A DNA stretch of 64,000 bases, taken from the IMG/VR virus record IMGVR_UViG_3300047557_002530, one strand, 5' to 3'. A program made the translations under genes and the position numbers. Origin of the DNA: a virus (taxonomy: Duplodnaviria; Caudoviricetes). A model generated the notes under the pieces. It was not told the DNA's origin and did no database searches. It saw nothing but the letters and a program-made list of their open reading frames with translations. Below, one piece after another: positions 48,801 through 59,900 of this stretch. Position 1 is the first letter of the stretch; each line of letters opens with the position of its first letter.

Positions 48801-51800
48801 CAAGAATTTTTGCTATTTCAAATCAAACTATTAGATTTGATCTATCGGATAGTTCATTATCATATACTAAAGGATCTCTTTCTTATCCAGCATTTGATTT
48901 TAAACTATATACAAATTCAGATTTTACTGAAGAATTTAGCAAAACAACAAATTCAACGAAGTTTGATGTCATTAAGACTGGTAGAATAGGAGTAACTTCA
49001 ACTTCTTCCATTACTTTAACAACAGAAAACCTTGATTTTGATTTATATTATAACTTAGTCCCTGTAGACTTAACCGATAATTTTGTTTCTAAAAAAGAAA
49101 TAATTGTAGATGATGATAATGTCAACTCAAATAACAGGTTAATTTTATCACAAAGTTCATATTATGGATTCCACAACATAGTTGGAGTGGGACAGACAAC
49201 ATTTACTTTCAATATTCTGAATAATCCAGAAAGTTCATCATACACAAGTTCTGATGGAAATTTCCAATATTACACTGATTCCAAAAATACAACTGGAGAA
49301 ATTAAATCTGTTGAAATAAAATCTCCAGGAAGATTTTATAATACTTCTCCCGGTATAACATCTGTATTTTCTACTAATGGACGTGGTGCTATTTTAGACC
49401 CAATTACAGTTTCTATAGGAAAAGTTAATAGAGTAGAAATAGATGATATTGGTTTTGATTATCCTGCAGATGTAACTTTGCGTCCAACTTCCAAGTTGCC
49501 CCAAATATTAAAAGTAAATCCACTTTCAATATTTAAGAGTGTTGGAGTTTCTTCAGTTGGAATTGATTACAGCATTTCTCCAGATCTTGTTGTAATTGAT
49601 TCTTTTACAAATCAGGTTGTTAGTGATGCTGATTTGAAGTATGATATAAATTCCAAGACTGTGGAAATTGTAAAAAATACTGAAGGAATCTATAACACAA
49701 AACCAACAATAATTCCAATCAACAACTCCAATGGAATTCCTATTAAGAATATTACATTCAATAGTACAAATAAAAATGTAACCGTCGAACTAGATGTTAA
49801 TTATAGCTTTGGTCAAATTTTCCCCTTTAATGTAGGAGATAAAGTTTTAATTGAAAATGCTAATGTTGGCACAGCATCAACCGCAAAAGGTTATAGTTCT
49901 AAAAATTATAACTATGCTCTATTTACTTTAACCTCGGCGAATCCACAATATGGGGGATCTGGGGCAAATATTGTATATAACCTTTCAAATTATCTATCCT
50001 CTTCAGAATCTCCCGGAACCTTTGATTCGGAAAATTCTGCGGCTATTGTTGTACCAGAAAAGTATTTCCCAATATTCAATCCTGTTTTAGAAAAATACAA
50101 ATTCTTTAAGGGCGAAAAGGCAGTTAGTGGATCTTCAAGTGGAATTGTATTAAATTGGAATGAATATACAGAGGAATTGAAGTTATCTTCGGGCGACACG
50201 TTTGAAGTGAATTCTATCATTCAAGGCGAAACTTCAAAAGCAAAGGGTTCGATTCGTACAGTTGACGATTTTGATGCAGTATATAACGTTGGAGCATCGT
50301 CAATTGTGAAAAAGGGGTGGAATTCTGAAAGTGGATTTTTGAATAACCAATTTCAAGTTACCTCTGATAATAATTACTACCAAAATTTCTCATACTCAAT
50401 AAAGTCTAAAGTTGATTATGAAACTTGGAATGAATCGATAGGAAATCTTAACCATACTACTGGATTTAAAAAATTTAGTGATTTAGTTATAGAATCAATT
50501 GATTCTGCTTTTGTGGGAATATCAACATCTCAAAATGATGGAGATTTTTCTGGATTAGCAGATTTAATAACTGAAATTGATCTAAACTGCACTAATGATT
50601 TCGATCTTGCTAGGGAAAAAACATTAAGTATTGATTCTGATTATTATTCGAAAGAAATTATTTTAAATTCTATTTCTTTGCAGGATGAATTCCAATCAAT
50701 AGGAAACAGAGTTCTTACAATAGATGATATTAGCGAACAATTCTCCAATGTCCCATCAGAACAAAATTATTCTAATGTAGATTCATTTAGATTATCTGAT
50801 TTTAGATCTAAGAAATATATAACCTATGTGAGAGACAAGAGATTTACTGGTCTCAGACAAATTTATCTTGTTTCTTTAATGCATGATGGATTGGAAGGAT
50901 ACTTGAATCAATATGCTAGATCAGAAACTAGTGTTGATTTGGGGTCATTTGATTTCTCTATTTTTGGGTCTGAAGGTACATTAGAATTCTATCCACTAAG
51001 TTATCTTTATAGCAACTATGATATTAGTGTAATATCGTACGGAATTAGAGATACTTCTTCTGGTATTGGAAGCACTTCTTTTGGTAGTTTAATTGATGTA
51101 AGATCATCGACAGCAACAGTTCCCGCAGGAACTACCACACAGACAAATATTGTTGGTATCGGATCTACTTATTTGGCATCAAAAGTCTTGGTTCAGTTCT
51201 CTTCTACAAACGGTACATATTTCCAGTTTGATGAAATAACTTTATTGAATGATGGTACTGATGTAAGTATTTTAGAATATGGTCGCTTATCAAACTCAAG
51301 TAGAGTCAGATATGTCGGAGAAGGAATAGGAACTTATACCGCTTATATTTCTGGATCAAATGTCAATTTAGATTTTACGCCAAATGTTGGATTGGGAACT
51401 ACCTATGTTATTAATACACTTAGAGTTTCAGTTGCTAGTACAAATGTAGGAATTAGTACTTCCTCATTATCATTTGACAATTGCGAAGTAAGGTCCGGAT
51501 ACGTATCTATTTCTTCGTCGCCAACACCTACTCAAATTGGAATAACAACATATTCTAAAGAATATGGATCGGCTTATTATATTGCAGTTGTTAAAGACAG
51601 TACAAATAATCAATATCAAGTTTCTGAACTAGTAGTTGTTGATGATGAAACTGAAGCATATGTATCTGAATTTGGTGTTGTAGAAACGTCTTCCGGACTA
51701 GGAACTTTTGGAGTCGGTGTTAGTTCTATAACAGGAACAACATTAACATTTACCCCCAATCCAAATATTTCGGCAGAGGTTAAAATCTATCAAAATTCAA

Positions 51801-54800
51801 TGAAAGTTGTTAGTACAGCAAATACTTTACAATCATATGATTTCACAAATTCCAACATAGAAACATCTTATGGAGAATTTGAAGGGACTTATAATTCTAT
51901 TAAGAGATCATTTGATTTAAAACATAGACAAATACCAATCTTCCAAAGAGTATTTGATGCTTCAAATACAACAACGGTAAATGTTACAAACAATTCAGTA
52001 AGAATTCCAAAACATTTTTACGTAACTGGAGAAGAACTTATTTATAGCCAAGGTAATGGCAGTCCTATTGGCATTGCAACAACAACTATTACTGGAATTG
52101 GATCAACTGATTTATTGCCTTCATCAGTATTCGTAATTAAAGTAAATGATCTTGATATTAGATTGGCAGCAAGTGCGGAAAAGGCACTAAAAGCAATTCC
52201 AGAACCTCTTACAATTACCTCAGTTGGAATAGGAACAACACACTCATTCACTGCCAAAAAACAAAATACAAAATGTTTGGTAACCATTGACAACTTTATT
52301 CAATCTCCTATTGTCTCCACATCAACAACTACAACTCTAGCGAAAAATGTTGCCTTCAATGTAGTCGATTTAACTCTTTCGGGAATAACCTCTATTTTTG
52401 GTGGCGATTTACTGAAGATTAACGATGAGATAGTAAAGGTAAATACTGTTGGTTATGGATCAACCAATGCTTTATTGGTTGATCGAGGTTGGATGGGAAC
52501 AAATGCAGAGAATCACTCTATTGGGTCAACTGTTACTAAGATTACTGGTAACTATAATATCATTAATAACACAATTCACTTTGTAGAAGCACCATATGGA
52601 AATTCACCAATTGGAACTATAACAAATAGACCCGATGATAGGGATTACACCGGCATTACTACTCGTTCTACATTTGCAGGAAGAGTCTTTCTGAGATCAG
52701 GAATAGAAGATGATATAAATGAACCATATAGTAAGAATTATATTTTTGATGGATTATCAGAACAGTTTACTGGAATAAACACAGAATTTATTCTAAAATC
52801 TTCCAATACAAATATTACTGGAATTTCCACAGGCGGAATGGTTCTCTTGATAAACAATGTTTTCCAAGAACCACAGAGACTTGGAACCATTAATATTAAT
52901 GGAGATTATAAATTAAGAGAAAATGCGGGCATAACCACCTTAGCATTTACTGGAACTATATCGTCAACTGCGTATGATATTAATAATGCAAGTGTTCCCA
53001 GGGGAGGAGTTATTGTTTCAGTAGCATCTACTCAAGGATTTGGTTATCAACCATTAATTTCAGCAGGGGGAACTTCAATAGTTTCCGTTGCAGGTACTAT
53101 TTCTGCAATTAGTGTTGGATATTCTGGATCCGGTTATAGAGGACACGAAAATTATGAAATAATTGCGGAAACTTCTACAAATATTAGTTCAGGAAGCACA
53201 ATTATTCCAATAAACAACCAAAATGGAGTTCTCAACAAATTACAATATTCAACTTCAAATACAATAGGAATAGGATCAATATTCCAAAATGTTCCTATTG
53301 TGGGCGTTGGAAACACTTATATTTTGATTGGTTCAGCAAGTACTTCAAGTCAATCTATTGTCTCTGGAACTTCGGCATTAATAAGTCTGAATTCTCCGAC
53401 TGTTGGATTAGTCGATGTTGGTGTAAAAACTGCCAGCAATGGAATTTTAAATTATCAGTTTATTGGTTTCTCCACTATTTCGTCAGGGCGCATTTCGAAC
53501 AATATAACCATCACAAATCCAGGATCTGGTTATACGTCGTCAAATCCACCAATTGTCGTATTTGAATCTCCACGTAGTTATGATAATATTCCATTAATTT
53601 ACTCTCCAGGGTCTTCTGGAATTGGAACTCAGTCTACGGTCAATATTGTTGTTGGGCAGGGATCTAGTATAGTTGATTTTGAAATTAGAAACCTAGGTTA
53701 TGCATATAAAGTTTCTGAAGTTCTTACCGTTCCTACTGGAGGATTGACAGGAATTCCAACAGACTCTTCAAAACCATTTAGTAGATTTGAATTGACTATC
53801 GACCAAGTATTTGCAGATCTTTTCTCAGGATGGTCTGTTGGGGACTTCCAAGTTATTGATAAAATCGAAAACTTATTCAATGGCGTAAGAAGAAACTTCC
53901 CAATTAAAATAGATGGAGTACAAACATCAATTCGAGCAAGATTTGGTTCAAATATTGACGTACAATCCATATTATTAATATTCATCAATGATATTTTACA
54001 AGTTCCCGGATCTGGATATACTTTCACTGGAGGAAGTACATTTACTTTCTCAGAACCACCAAAAGAAGGGGATACTTGTAAGATATTATTCTATAAGGGA
54101 ACTGGATCGGTAGATGTTGTCTTTAATGATGTTTTAGAAACTATCAAATCTGGAGATACTGTGAGATTAAACAGTGATATTTTATCACAAAAAGAAGATG
54201 AAAGACTTGTTACCGATATCGTTTCTTCTGATATTGTTCAAACCAATCCATATAATGGATATGGATTGTCAATTGACGAAACTCTTTCTAGGCCTTTGAT
54301 CTGGTGTAGGCAAACTGAAGATAAAATTATTAGTGGTCAAGAAATAGGAAAAAATAGAGAAATATATGAACCTCTTATTCAACCAACAACTAACATAATT
54401 AACAATGTAGGAACTGCATCTACTGAAATTTTTGTTGAAAGCGTAAAGATTTTCTTTGATGACAATAGAGAAAATTCAACAACTCCATTCAAAACAAAAA
54501 TTTTAATAACATCTCAAGATGTTATAGTTGGTGCCTCGGCAACTGCAGTAGTTTCTACAGCAGGAACTATTTCCTTATTGAGTCTTATTAATGGTGGATC
54601 AGGATTTACAACTAATCCAATAGTTGTTATTGGAACTCCCGTAGGTGTTGGATCAACTTCTACTGCAACAGCATCCATAACCTCAGGAATTGTAACTTCT
54701 CTGACGATTACATCTCCAGGATTTGGATATACAACCAAAACTCCCCCACAAGTTCTGATTCAATATCCATCTCTTAAATCAGAAAGAATTGAAGATGTTT

Positions 54801-55354
54801 CATATGAAGGAGACTTTGGAATAATTGTCGGAGTTTCTACGACTTCAGTTGGAGTTGCAACAACTGGAATTATATTTGATTTGTTTATTCCAACAGATTC
54901 TTATTTAAGAAATACTAATATTACTGTTGGGGTTGCAACAACTGGAATTAGCGGAATAAAAACTGATTATTACTTTAGCGTATTTAATTCCAATATTGGT
55001 TTTGGAATAACTTCACTAGATTCTACCAATTCAATTGTTGGTGTTGGAACAACTTGTCTTGATAACGTATATAAAGTTGCTTCAGTTTCTATAGCACAAA
55101 CAAGTGTTCCAGGAGTTGGATTAACTAATGTTTCAAGAGTTATTGTTAAGGTCTCAAATTATAATGGATTAGCTGGAATGGGTTACAGTAGTTTCTACGG
55201 ACAATTTAGTTGGGGTAAGATAAACACTCCAACCAGAAAGAAACCTTTGAGTTTCAATTCTTATAATACTAATGGTATTTCTGGATTGTCTACTGGCGCA
55301 GTAATTCAAAGAATTAATCCTCTGAGATATGTTGGTTATTCCACAACCGTTTAA
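42869..55354 (+). CDS. gp7: giant baseplate wedge initiator gp7-like protein (4161 aa)
   Basis: QLPDFVQEEYPL.EFLK.YY; KDFYSSKGT; position between gp6 and gp8; repeated beta modules and a GWAYDGNPIYGPYG domain. Confidence 0.8.
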   Translation: MSNTRVKIGSIVQNQLPDFVQEEYPLVGEFLKEYYNSLEGKGGTLDVLQNIDQYLKLENLTETLFSRTVTAKPTSPQSYFAVSGGFSIEDLIVYKNGTKLTKNIDYITVQSTAVSLAQPAVNGDIIEFVVQSPSSTFLTSNADFIDSTINVASTYGFPETNGIIRIDSEIILYGGKTNTSFTNCTRGFSGITSYRSENQPEQLVFSTSEISTHSSNSRVENLSSLLLREFLTKLKKQLIPGFENRQFTDGLNEKIFIKQAKDFYSSKGTDDSYKVIFKALFGESVNVLKPRDFLLKPSDAKYRITRDLVVESISGDPTSMVNRTIYQDADSSFDKAYGTVTNVEKIQRANKTYYVLSLDSDYNKDLTVEGTVFGDFTIHASTKLTTKVPINSQVLDVDSTIGFPLSGTIVYNVNGAEYTSNYFNSNLTQFILTGETSVEIPKGTDIKINAFAYSKVGDETVKVRVTGVLSDVSYDKDTYLMSKGDPLKTVTLGYKGSNELSNNWIFNLANKFNIQEIKGPNSSNPTLNVFSYEFITYDPHTFYLGDTLNLISSDGNSFTYKVVRVNNDRSISVEGPRITNLNLKYIAERTIVKPKFSNFSSVNQYTANVQNVYVRNQEDVYVTANSLPNYLDESIELKTTDIVFSGIFNGETLDLSSGNPNNYHGLYTGDSITYVDPFNTANSLGILAKIYYVEKIDDLKIKLSNSRSNLFNKKYVSISGPVTVTNNIFRKTSLQFLEFSPQSYIKNITTPLPANNEDNTETPSGPIGIFLNGVEAFGYKSEDKVYYGGIQQINVLDGGVDYDVITPPEISIYDSKGSNAKAYVHVEGSLDRIDVLDGGFDYLEDPIITISGGNGVGAIAKPNFTNVRHRVSFNAIESAGFVNLSTNTIGFSSYHKFRDYEKVSYLTEGQTSVGGITTNAQYYVNVQNTYDVKLHKTLNDAVSGINTVDLTSYGVGIHILESFTSKRIISSFSVLDSGSGYSNKKISCSSSGINTASNTVNIINHGYKTGEIVKYTSTGSAIGGLSNNESYYVVKVNDNQFKLSQVGIATTNKDFYLKTNQTVNLTSIGSSSHIFNYPEIIVSVKGKIGVSTLTGQDFNAKVQPVFRGSINKVFVYDTGVGYGSSEIINYERQPTVVLGIGSQAQLSPIVNNGQIKQVLVLNGGSNYTSSPTINVIGIGTAAILTPIISNGKIVEVKVVNGGVGFSTIGTSLEVISAGRNFKSECKIKPWIINKIEKNLNSNRITDDDGLIDKSSYTNNGLQYCHVYAPRKLRRTVFGIDYVNGRKVFIPDLNISGNREVNSTVHSPIIGWAYDGNPIYGPYGYSSPSGGTVREMVSGYISQVSSDRPDPISSSGQKIYPEGFFVDDYQFNNSGDLDEHNGRFCVTPEFPNGIYAYFATINNGSTETSGIFKNYKKPTFPYLIGNTFKSTPNQFNYNRELTDQKTFPFETSNLLRNTKPYNLTSGNSQYDFVFNPLKVKEPAVKVKSILLSGLDDIGITTGGNGYKIGDKVIFNNTNTSGSDAYVEVSYLKGKEINSISFASTFAQNVEFYPLNSTGKFIGFCSNPHSLVNKDIISISGLNTSVSSFNEFFQVGVRSDTLALSGPVGNSTATGIITYFNVSGSLEFPNIRENDVYHIENEKVKILSIDKLSSRVKVLRSYESTSGSAHTASTVLYEKTRKFTFDNSKGVNINYNLNREIYFNPSESVSLGTSTGVGAGSTLYFSNPGAGITIVFVPTKTIYLPSHKLETGEELTYTSNGGSPLFVSDDGVSSFQLSDNQSVYVAKVSDDLIGISTNKVGLGSTGSFVGIDSSITTSTLFFTNLGSGVNHSFKTNYSNVLTGEFVRNTVTVSTASTHGLKPDDLVYLDVLPGITTTVVVKYNDKNRRLVINPKSFAASDVSITNNTITIPNHEYATGEKVIYNATVAIGGLTNDDIYYIVRFNKDTIKLASSYYNATKDIPEIIDFTSASSGTLSLINPRIFAISNQTIRFDLSDSSLSYTKGSLSYPAFDFKLYTNSDFTEEFSKTTNSTKFDVIKTGRIGVTSTSSITLTTENLDFDLYYNLVPVDLTDNFVSKKEIIVDDDNVNSNNRLILSQSSYYGFHNIVGVGQTTFTFNILNNPESSSYTSSDGNFQYYTDSKNTTGEIKSVEIKSPGRFYNTSPGITSVFSTNGRGAILDPITVSIGKVNRVEIDDIGFDYPADVTLRPTSKLPQILKVNPLSIFKSVGVSSVGIDYSISPDLVVIDSFTNQVVSDADLKYDINSKTVEIVKNTEGIYNTKPTIIPINNSNGIPIKNITFNSTNKNVTVELDVNYSFGQIFPFNVGDKVLIENANVGTASTAKGYSSKNYNYALFTLTSANPQYGGSGANIVYNLSNYLSSSESPGTFDSENSAAIVVPEKYFPIFNPVLEKYKFFKGEKAVSGSSSGIVLNWNEYTEELKLSSGDTFEVNSIIQGETSKAKGSIRTVDDFDAVYNVGASSIVKKGWNSESGFLNNQFQVTSDNNYYQNFSYSIKSKVDYETWNESIGNLNHTTGFKKFSDLVIESIDSAFVGISTSQNDGDFSGLADLITEIDLNCTNDFDLAREKTLSIDSDYYSKEIILNSISLQDEFQSIGNRVLTIDDISEQFSNVPSEQNYSNVDSFRLSDFRSKKYITYVRDKRFTGLRQIYLVSLMHDGLEGYLNQYARSETSVDLGSFDFSIFGSEGTLEFYPLSYLYSNYDISVISYGIRDTSSGIGSTSFGSLIDVRSSTATVPAGTTTQTNIVGIGSTYLASKVLVQFSSTNGTYFQFDEITLLNDGTDVSILEYGRLSNSSRVRYVGEGIGTYTAYISGSNVNLDFTPNVGLGTTYVINTLRVSVASTNVGISTSSLSFDNCEVRSGYVSISSSPTPTQIGITTYSKEYGSAYYIAVVKDSTNNQYQVSELVVVDDETEAYVSEFGVVETSSGLGTFGVGVSSITGTTLTFTPNPNISAEVKIYQNSMKVVSTANTLQSYDFTNSNIETSYGEFEGTYNSIKRSFDLKHRQIPIFQRVFDASNTTTVNVTNNSVRIPKHFYVTGEELIYSQGNGSPIGIATTTITGIGSTDLLPSSVFVIKVNDLDIRLAASAEKALKAIPEPLTITSVGIGTTHSFTAKKQNTKCLVTIDNFIQSPIVSTSTTTTLAKNVAFNVVDLTLSGITSIFGGDLLKINDEIVKVNTVGYGSTNALLVDRGWMGTNAENHSIGSTVTKITGNYNIINNTIHFVEAPYGNSPIGTITNRPDDRDYTGITTRSTFAGRVFLRSGIEDDINEPYSKNYIFDGLSEQFTGINTEFILKSSNTNITGISTGGMVLLINNVFQEPQRLGTININGDYKLRENAGITTLAFTGTISSTAYDINNASVPRGGVIVSVASTQGFGYQPLISAGGTSIVSVAGTISAISVGYSGSGYRGHENYEIIAETSTNISSGSTIIPINNQNGVLNKLQYSTSNTIGIGSIFQNVPIVGVGNTYILIGSASTSSQSIVSGTSALISLNSPTVGLVDVGVKTASNGILNYQFIGFSTISSGRISNNITITNPGSGYTSSNPPIVVFESPRSYDNIPLIYSPGSSGIGTQSTVNIVVGQGSSIVDFEIRNLGYAYKVSEVLTVPTGGLTGIPTDSSKPFSRFELTIDQVFADLFSGWSVGDFQVIDKIENLFNGVRRNFPIKIDGVQTSIRARFGSNIDVQSILLIFINDILQVPGSGYTFTGGSTFTFSEPPKEGDTCKILFYKGTGSVDVVFNDVLETIKSGDTVRLNSDILSQKEDERLVTDIVSSDIVQTNPYNGYGLSIDETLSRPLIWCRQTEDKIISGQEIGKNREIYEPLIQPTTNIINNVGTASTEIFVESVKIFFDDNRENSTTPFKTKILITSQDVIVGASATAVVSTAGTISLLSLINGGSGFTTNPIVVIGTPVGVGSTSTATASITSGIVTSLTITSPGFGYTTKTPPQVLIQYPSLKSERIEDVSYEGDFGIIVGVSTTSVGVATTGIIFDLFIPTDSYLRNTNITVGVATTGISGIKTDYYFSVFNSNIGFGITSLDSTNSIVGVGTTCLDNVYKVASVSIAQTSVPGVGLTNVSRVIVKVSNYNGLAGMGYSSFYGQFSWGKINTPTRKKPLSFNSYNTNGISGLSTGAVIQRINPLRYVGYSTTV

Positions 55355-55387
55355 ATAATAACTATAAATAGATAAAAAACGACAAAA

Positions 55388-56944
55388 ATGTCTGCGATTA
55401 TAACTGATCAACTTAGAATATTAAACGCTAAAAACTTTGTTGCGGCGGCGACTTCAAGTTCCAATAGTTATTATACTTTTGTTGGATTACCCAATGCATC
55501 AAATTATGATGCAAACTGGGATTCACTACCGCCTGCACCAAAAGATAATTTTGATCAGGAAAATGATTATTGGGATACCATGATCGCTTTGAAAAAAATT
55601 ACAAGCGGTGATGTAAGACAAGTGGTTAGAAAAATTACTTGGACTTCGGGAACTGTTTATGACATGTATAGACATGACATCAGTAGAACTAGTTTATCTG
55701 TTCCATCCAATTCGACTAGTTTGTATTCTGCAAACTTTTATGTCGTAAACAGTGATTATAGAGTTTACATTTGTTTGTACAATGGAGTTAATCCTGAGAA
55801 TCCAACGGGAAACCCCTCTCTAGATGAGCCAACATTTACTGATTTAGAACCAAGAGCAGCAGGTGATAGCGAAGATGGTTACATATGGAAATATCTTTAC
55901 ACTATAAAACCAAATGAACTAGTCAAATTCGAATCGACCAATTTTATTCCAGTTCCTTCAGATTGGGAAACCAATTCTGATTATGCCTCAGTTAGAAATA
56001 ATGCTTTAAATAGCGGACAAATTAAAATCGCTCAAGTTTTAAGTAGAGGTGTTGGCATAGGAACTGCAAACAGAGTTTATACCAACGTTCCAATTTATGG
56101 GGATGGTGTTGGAGCTAGATGTACGATTGTTATTAATAGTGATTCTAAAGTAGAGTCTGCCATCATCACAAATGGAGGTTCTGGATATAGTTATGGTACG
56201 GTGGATTTAGTTGCAGGTGGAGTTCCAACTGGTACAACTACCCCCTCATTTAAAGTCATCATTCCTCCACAAAACGGGCACGGATATGATATTTACAGAG
56301 AACTTGGTGCATATAGAGTATTAGTTTACTCAAGAATTGAAAATGATACTGAAGATCCAGATTTTATTGTAGGTAATCAAATAGCAAGAGTTGGTATTGT
56401 AGAAAATCCTTTAGCGTATGATTCCGATTCTACATTAGTAAAAAATAAAGCAAGTGCATTATCCGCACTAAAACTAGTTGGAACAGGATATAGTACTGCC
56501 AATTTTGTAGCAGATTCTTACATTACTCAAACAGTTGGACTTGGATCAACTGCAATAGGTAGAGTCGTATCTTACGATAAAAATACTGGAGTTTTGAAAT
56601 ACTGGCAAGATAGAACAGTAGTTGGATTTAATAGTGATGGAACAACAAATTCAACTCCTCTGTATGGGTTTAATTTAAATCGATTTACTGCCACTCCAGA
56701 TACTGGAGGATCCATAACTATTTCTGCCTCAGGTATAAGTGGATTGGGTATTGATACATCTTTTACTGGTGTATCTACCACAATAAATAATAGAAGATAT
56801 TATTTGGGGCAAACCTTTGTCAATGGAGTGTCAAATCCAGAAGTAGAAAAATATTCTGGAAACATAATATATGTTGATAATAGACCTTCAATAACTAGAT
56901 CATCAAATCAAAAAGAAGATATCAAAGTCATTTTGCAGTTCTAA
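55388..56944 (+). CDS. gp8: baseplate wedge subunit gp8
   Basis: MSAIITDQLRILNAKNF; KKIT..DVRQVVRK..WTSGT.YDMY; DGYIWKYLYTI; SG.IIY.DNR. Confidence 0.9.
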   Translation: MSAIITDQLRILNAKNFVAAATSSSNSYYTFVGLPNASNYDANWDSLPPAPKDNFDQENDYWDTMIALKKITSGDVRQVVRKITWTSGTVYDMYRHDISRTSLSVPSNSTSLYSANFYVVNSDYRVYICLYNGVNPENPTGNPSLDEPTFTDLEPRAAGDSEDGYIWKYLYTIKPNELVKFESTNFIPVPSDWETNSDYASVRNNALNSGQIKIAQVLSRGVGIGTANRVYTNVPIYGDGVGARCTIVINSDSKVESAIITNGGSGYSYGTVDLVAGGVPTGTTTPSFKVIIPPQNGHGYDIYRELGAYRVLVYSRIENDTEDPDFIVGNQIARVGIVENPLAYDSDSTLVKNKASALSALKLVGTGYSTANFVADSYITQTVGLGSTAIGRVVSYDKNTGVLKYWQDRTVVGFNSDGTTNSTPLYGFNLNRFTATPDTGGSITISASGISGLGIDTSFTGVSTTINNRRYYLGQTFVNGVSNPEVEKYSGNIIYVDNRPSITRSSNQKEDIKVILQF

Positions 56945-56950
56945 AGAATT

Positions 56951-59900
56951 ATGCCACAGCAAACTAACCTAAATGTATCCCCATACTTTGACGACTTTGA
57001 TAGGGAAGACCAATACTATCGCGTCTTATTTAAACCAGGTTATCCGATTCAAGCAAGAGAGCTCACAACTCTCCAATCAATGCTTCAAAGTCAAATTGAA
57101 CAAGTTGGCGATCACTTTTTCAAGGAAGGTTCTGTTGTAATACCCGGAAATATTAATTATATTGATAATTATTATGCGGTAGAATTACAAGAAAGCTATC
57201 TCGGAGTTAATATTTTATCATATTTGCCATATCTAATTGGAAAGACAATTAGAGGTGCTAGCAGTGGGGTTAGGGCTTCAGTTGTAGGTGTTTTGAGCTC
57301 TGAAGATTCTGAAAGGGGCAATAATACAATCTATGTAAACTTCTTAAACTCTGATGTAGCTTCAAATAGTTATCAAGGATTTTCTTCAAATGAAGTTTTG
57401 CTCGTTGAAAGTGGCGTATCGGAGCAAAATACATTAGATATAGAAAGAAATACTATTATTCAAGCAAATGAGGGGTTTGCTGCGACAATTTCATCAAACC
57501 CAAATTCAATTGGTTCTGCGGTTAGTTTGTCGGAAGGAGTATATTATCTAAGAGGTCATTTTGTAACTGTAGACGAGCAGACAATAATTCTAGACCAGTA
57601 TTCAAATAATCCAAGTTATAGGGTTGGATTAGATGTTTTTGAGGTAATAGAAACTCCAGATGATAATATAGATTTAAATGATAATGCTCAGGGATTTTCT
57701 AACTATGCAGCTCCTGGGGCAGATAGACTTTCTATAGTTGCAATTTTAACTAAAATTCCAGTTAATGATCCAAATCCAGTAGCAACTCCTAACTTCGTAC
57801 AATTATTAGAAGTTAGAAATGGTATTCTTCAAAGGCAAATTAATAATCCAGACTATAATGTAATTGAAAAAGAACTAGCAAGAAGAACATATGATGAGTC
57901 TGGAAACTATTATGTAAAATCTCCATCCGTTTCTGTAAAAGAAACTCTAGATGATTTAAAAGGAAATGGTGGCGTCTTTAAAGAAAATCAGTTAACATAC
58001 AACAACAATAAAGCATCGGATGATTTAGCTACATACACAATTTCTCCACTTAAAGCTTTTGTAAGTGGTTATGAAATAGATGTTGTAGGGACTACTTATC
58101 TTGATTTTGAAAAACCAAGAACAACAAAGTTATTGGAAGATCAGAGCATAAACTATGTTACTGGACCAACATATACACTTAATAGAGTTTATGGATCTCC
58201 AGCGTTAGGCATTTCAACTTCATATTCTCTAAGTTTGAGAAATTCTAGAGTTGGATCTAACTCTATTTCTTCTCCAGGAAAAGAAATTGGTCTTGCTAGA
58301 GTATATGATTTTGCTTTAGAATCAGGATCATATAATACATCAACCCCAAATGCAAATGAGTGGGATATTGCCTTATATGATATTCAAACATATACAGAAA
58401 TATCGTTAAATGAACCTATTACATTAACAACTCCAACTTATATCAAAGGAAAATCAAGTGGAGCTGTAGGTTTCTTAAGATATAATGCATCAAATTCGGG
58501 AATTATTACCGCATATAATACTAAAGGAACCTTTGTAATTGGTGAGAAATTTATTTTTGATGGCATAGAAAATACACGAGTTTCTACAGCAGTAACTGCA
58601 TATTCAACTAGTGATGTAAAATCTCTTTATGGCATAGTTGGTAGTGCTTCCACTTTTACAGCAGATGTTAAGCAGTCAACATTGGCAAATGTTGGTCAAG
58701 TTCAAATTACTGCAACTGGTGGCGGAATAAGTACAGTAACTTCAGCAGACTTTATTTTTACAGGAATTGCCACTGTAGGAAATATTGTTGCTTTTTCAAA
58801 TCCAGGATTATCTGCAAATACTTTTGCAAAGATAGAAACAGTATCTCAAAGTGCAATCACCATCTCTGGAATTACAACAGTAATTGGAGTTTGTGATGGT
58901 GGTTTACCAACAACAACTATCAATCCAAGTGATTTTAGAATCCTATTCTCAAACTTCCAATCATCTGTAGATAATACATTATACACTACCCTACCAAAAA
59001 GAAATATTGCATCGGTAGATCTAACTAATTCTGCATTAACTGTAAGAAAGCAATATAATGTAACTATATCTACAAATTCCACAAATACTATAATTGCAGA
59101 ATCTGATGAGACATTCCTACCATATGATGAAGAAAGATATGTTCTCATTACAGATAACGGAACTACCGAAAGTTTAAGTTCTGATAAGTTAGTATTCTCT
59201 AGTGGCGGAAGAGAAATAACAATAAATGGATTGTCAACTTCCTCGGGTACTGGAAAACTAATTGCAACTCTAAGAAAAGTTGATATTGATTCTAAAGTAA
59301 AAAATAAAAATAGAATTCAATCAGTAATAGTTGACAAATCAAAATATCAATATTCTGGAACAGGAACAACAACTAATAATGATGGTTTGACATATGGAAC
59401 TTATCCATATGGAACCAGAGTTCAAGATGAGGAAATCTGTTTACTGCAACCAGACGTAACGGTACTGTATGGAATCTACGAATCTAATGATACTTCTGAT
59501 GCAGAATTACCAAGTTTAACTCTAACAACTATTAATGGACCAACAGCAAAAACTGATGATTTATTGATTGGAGAAGAGTTTGTAGGATCACTTAGTGGTG
59601 CAGTCGGCGTATATGCAGAGAGACTAAATGCATTGCAAGTTTCTTACGTTGCAAGGAATTCTAATAAATTCCAAGTCAATGAAGTTGTAACTTTCAAAGA
59701 ATCCGGAATTACCGCAACCATTACCGCAGTTAATGGTGGGGATAATAATATTATTTCTAACTATATCTTTGATAACGGACAAAGAGAAACAATTTATGAT
59801 TATGCAAGAATTATTAGAAAGGCATCCGCAAAGGAACCAACAAGAAAACTAAAAATAATTTTCGAATCAGCAAGTTTCTCCTCATCAGATAGTGGAGATT

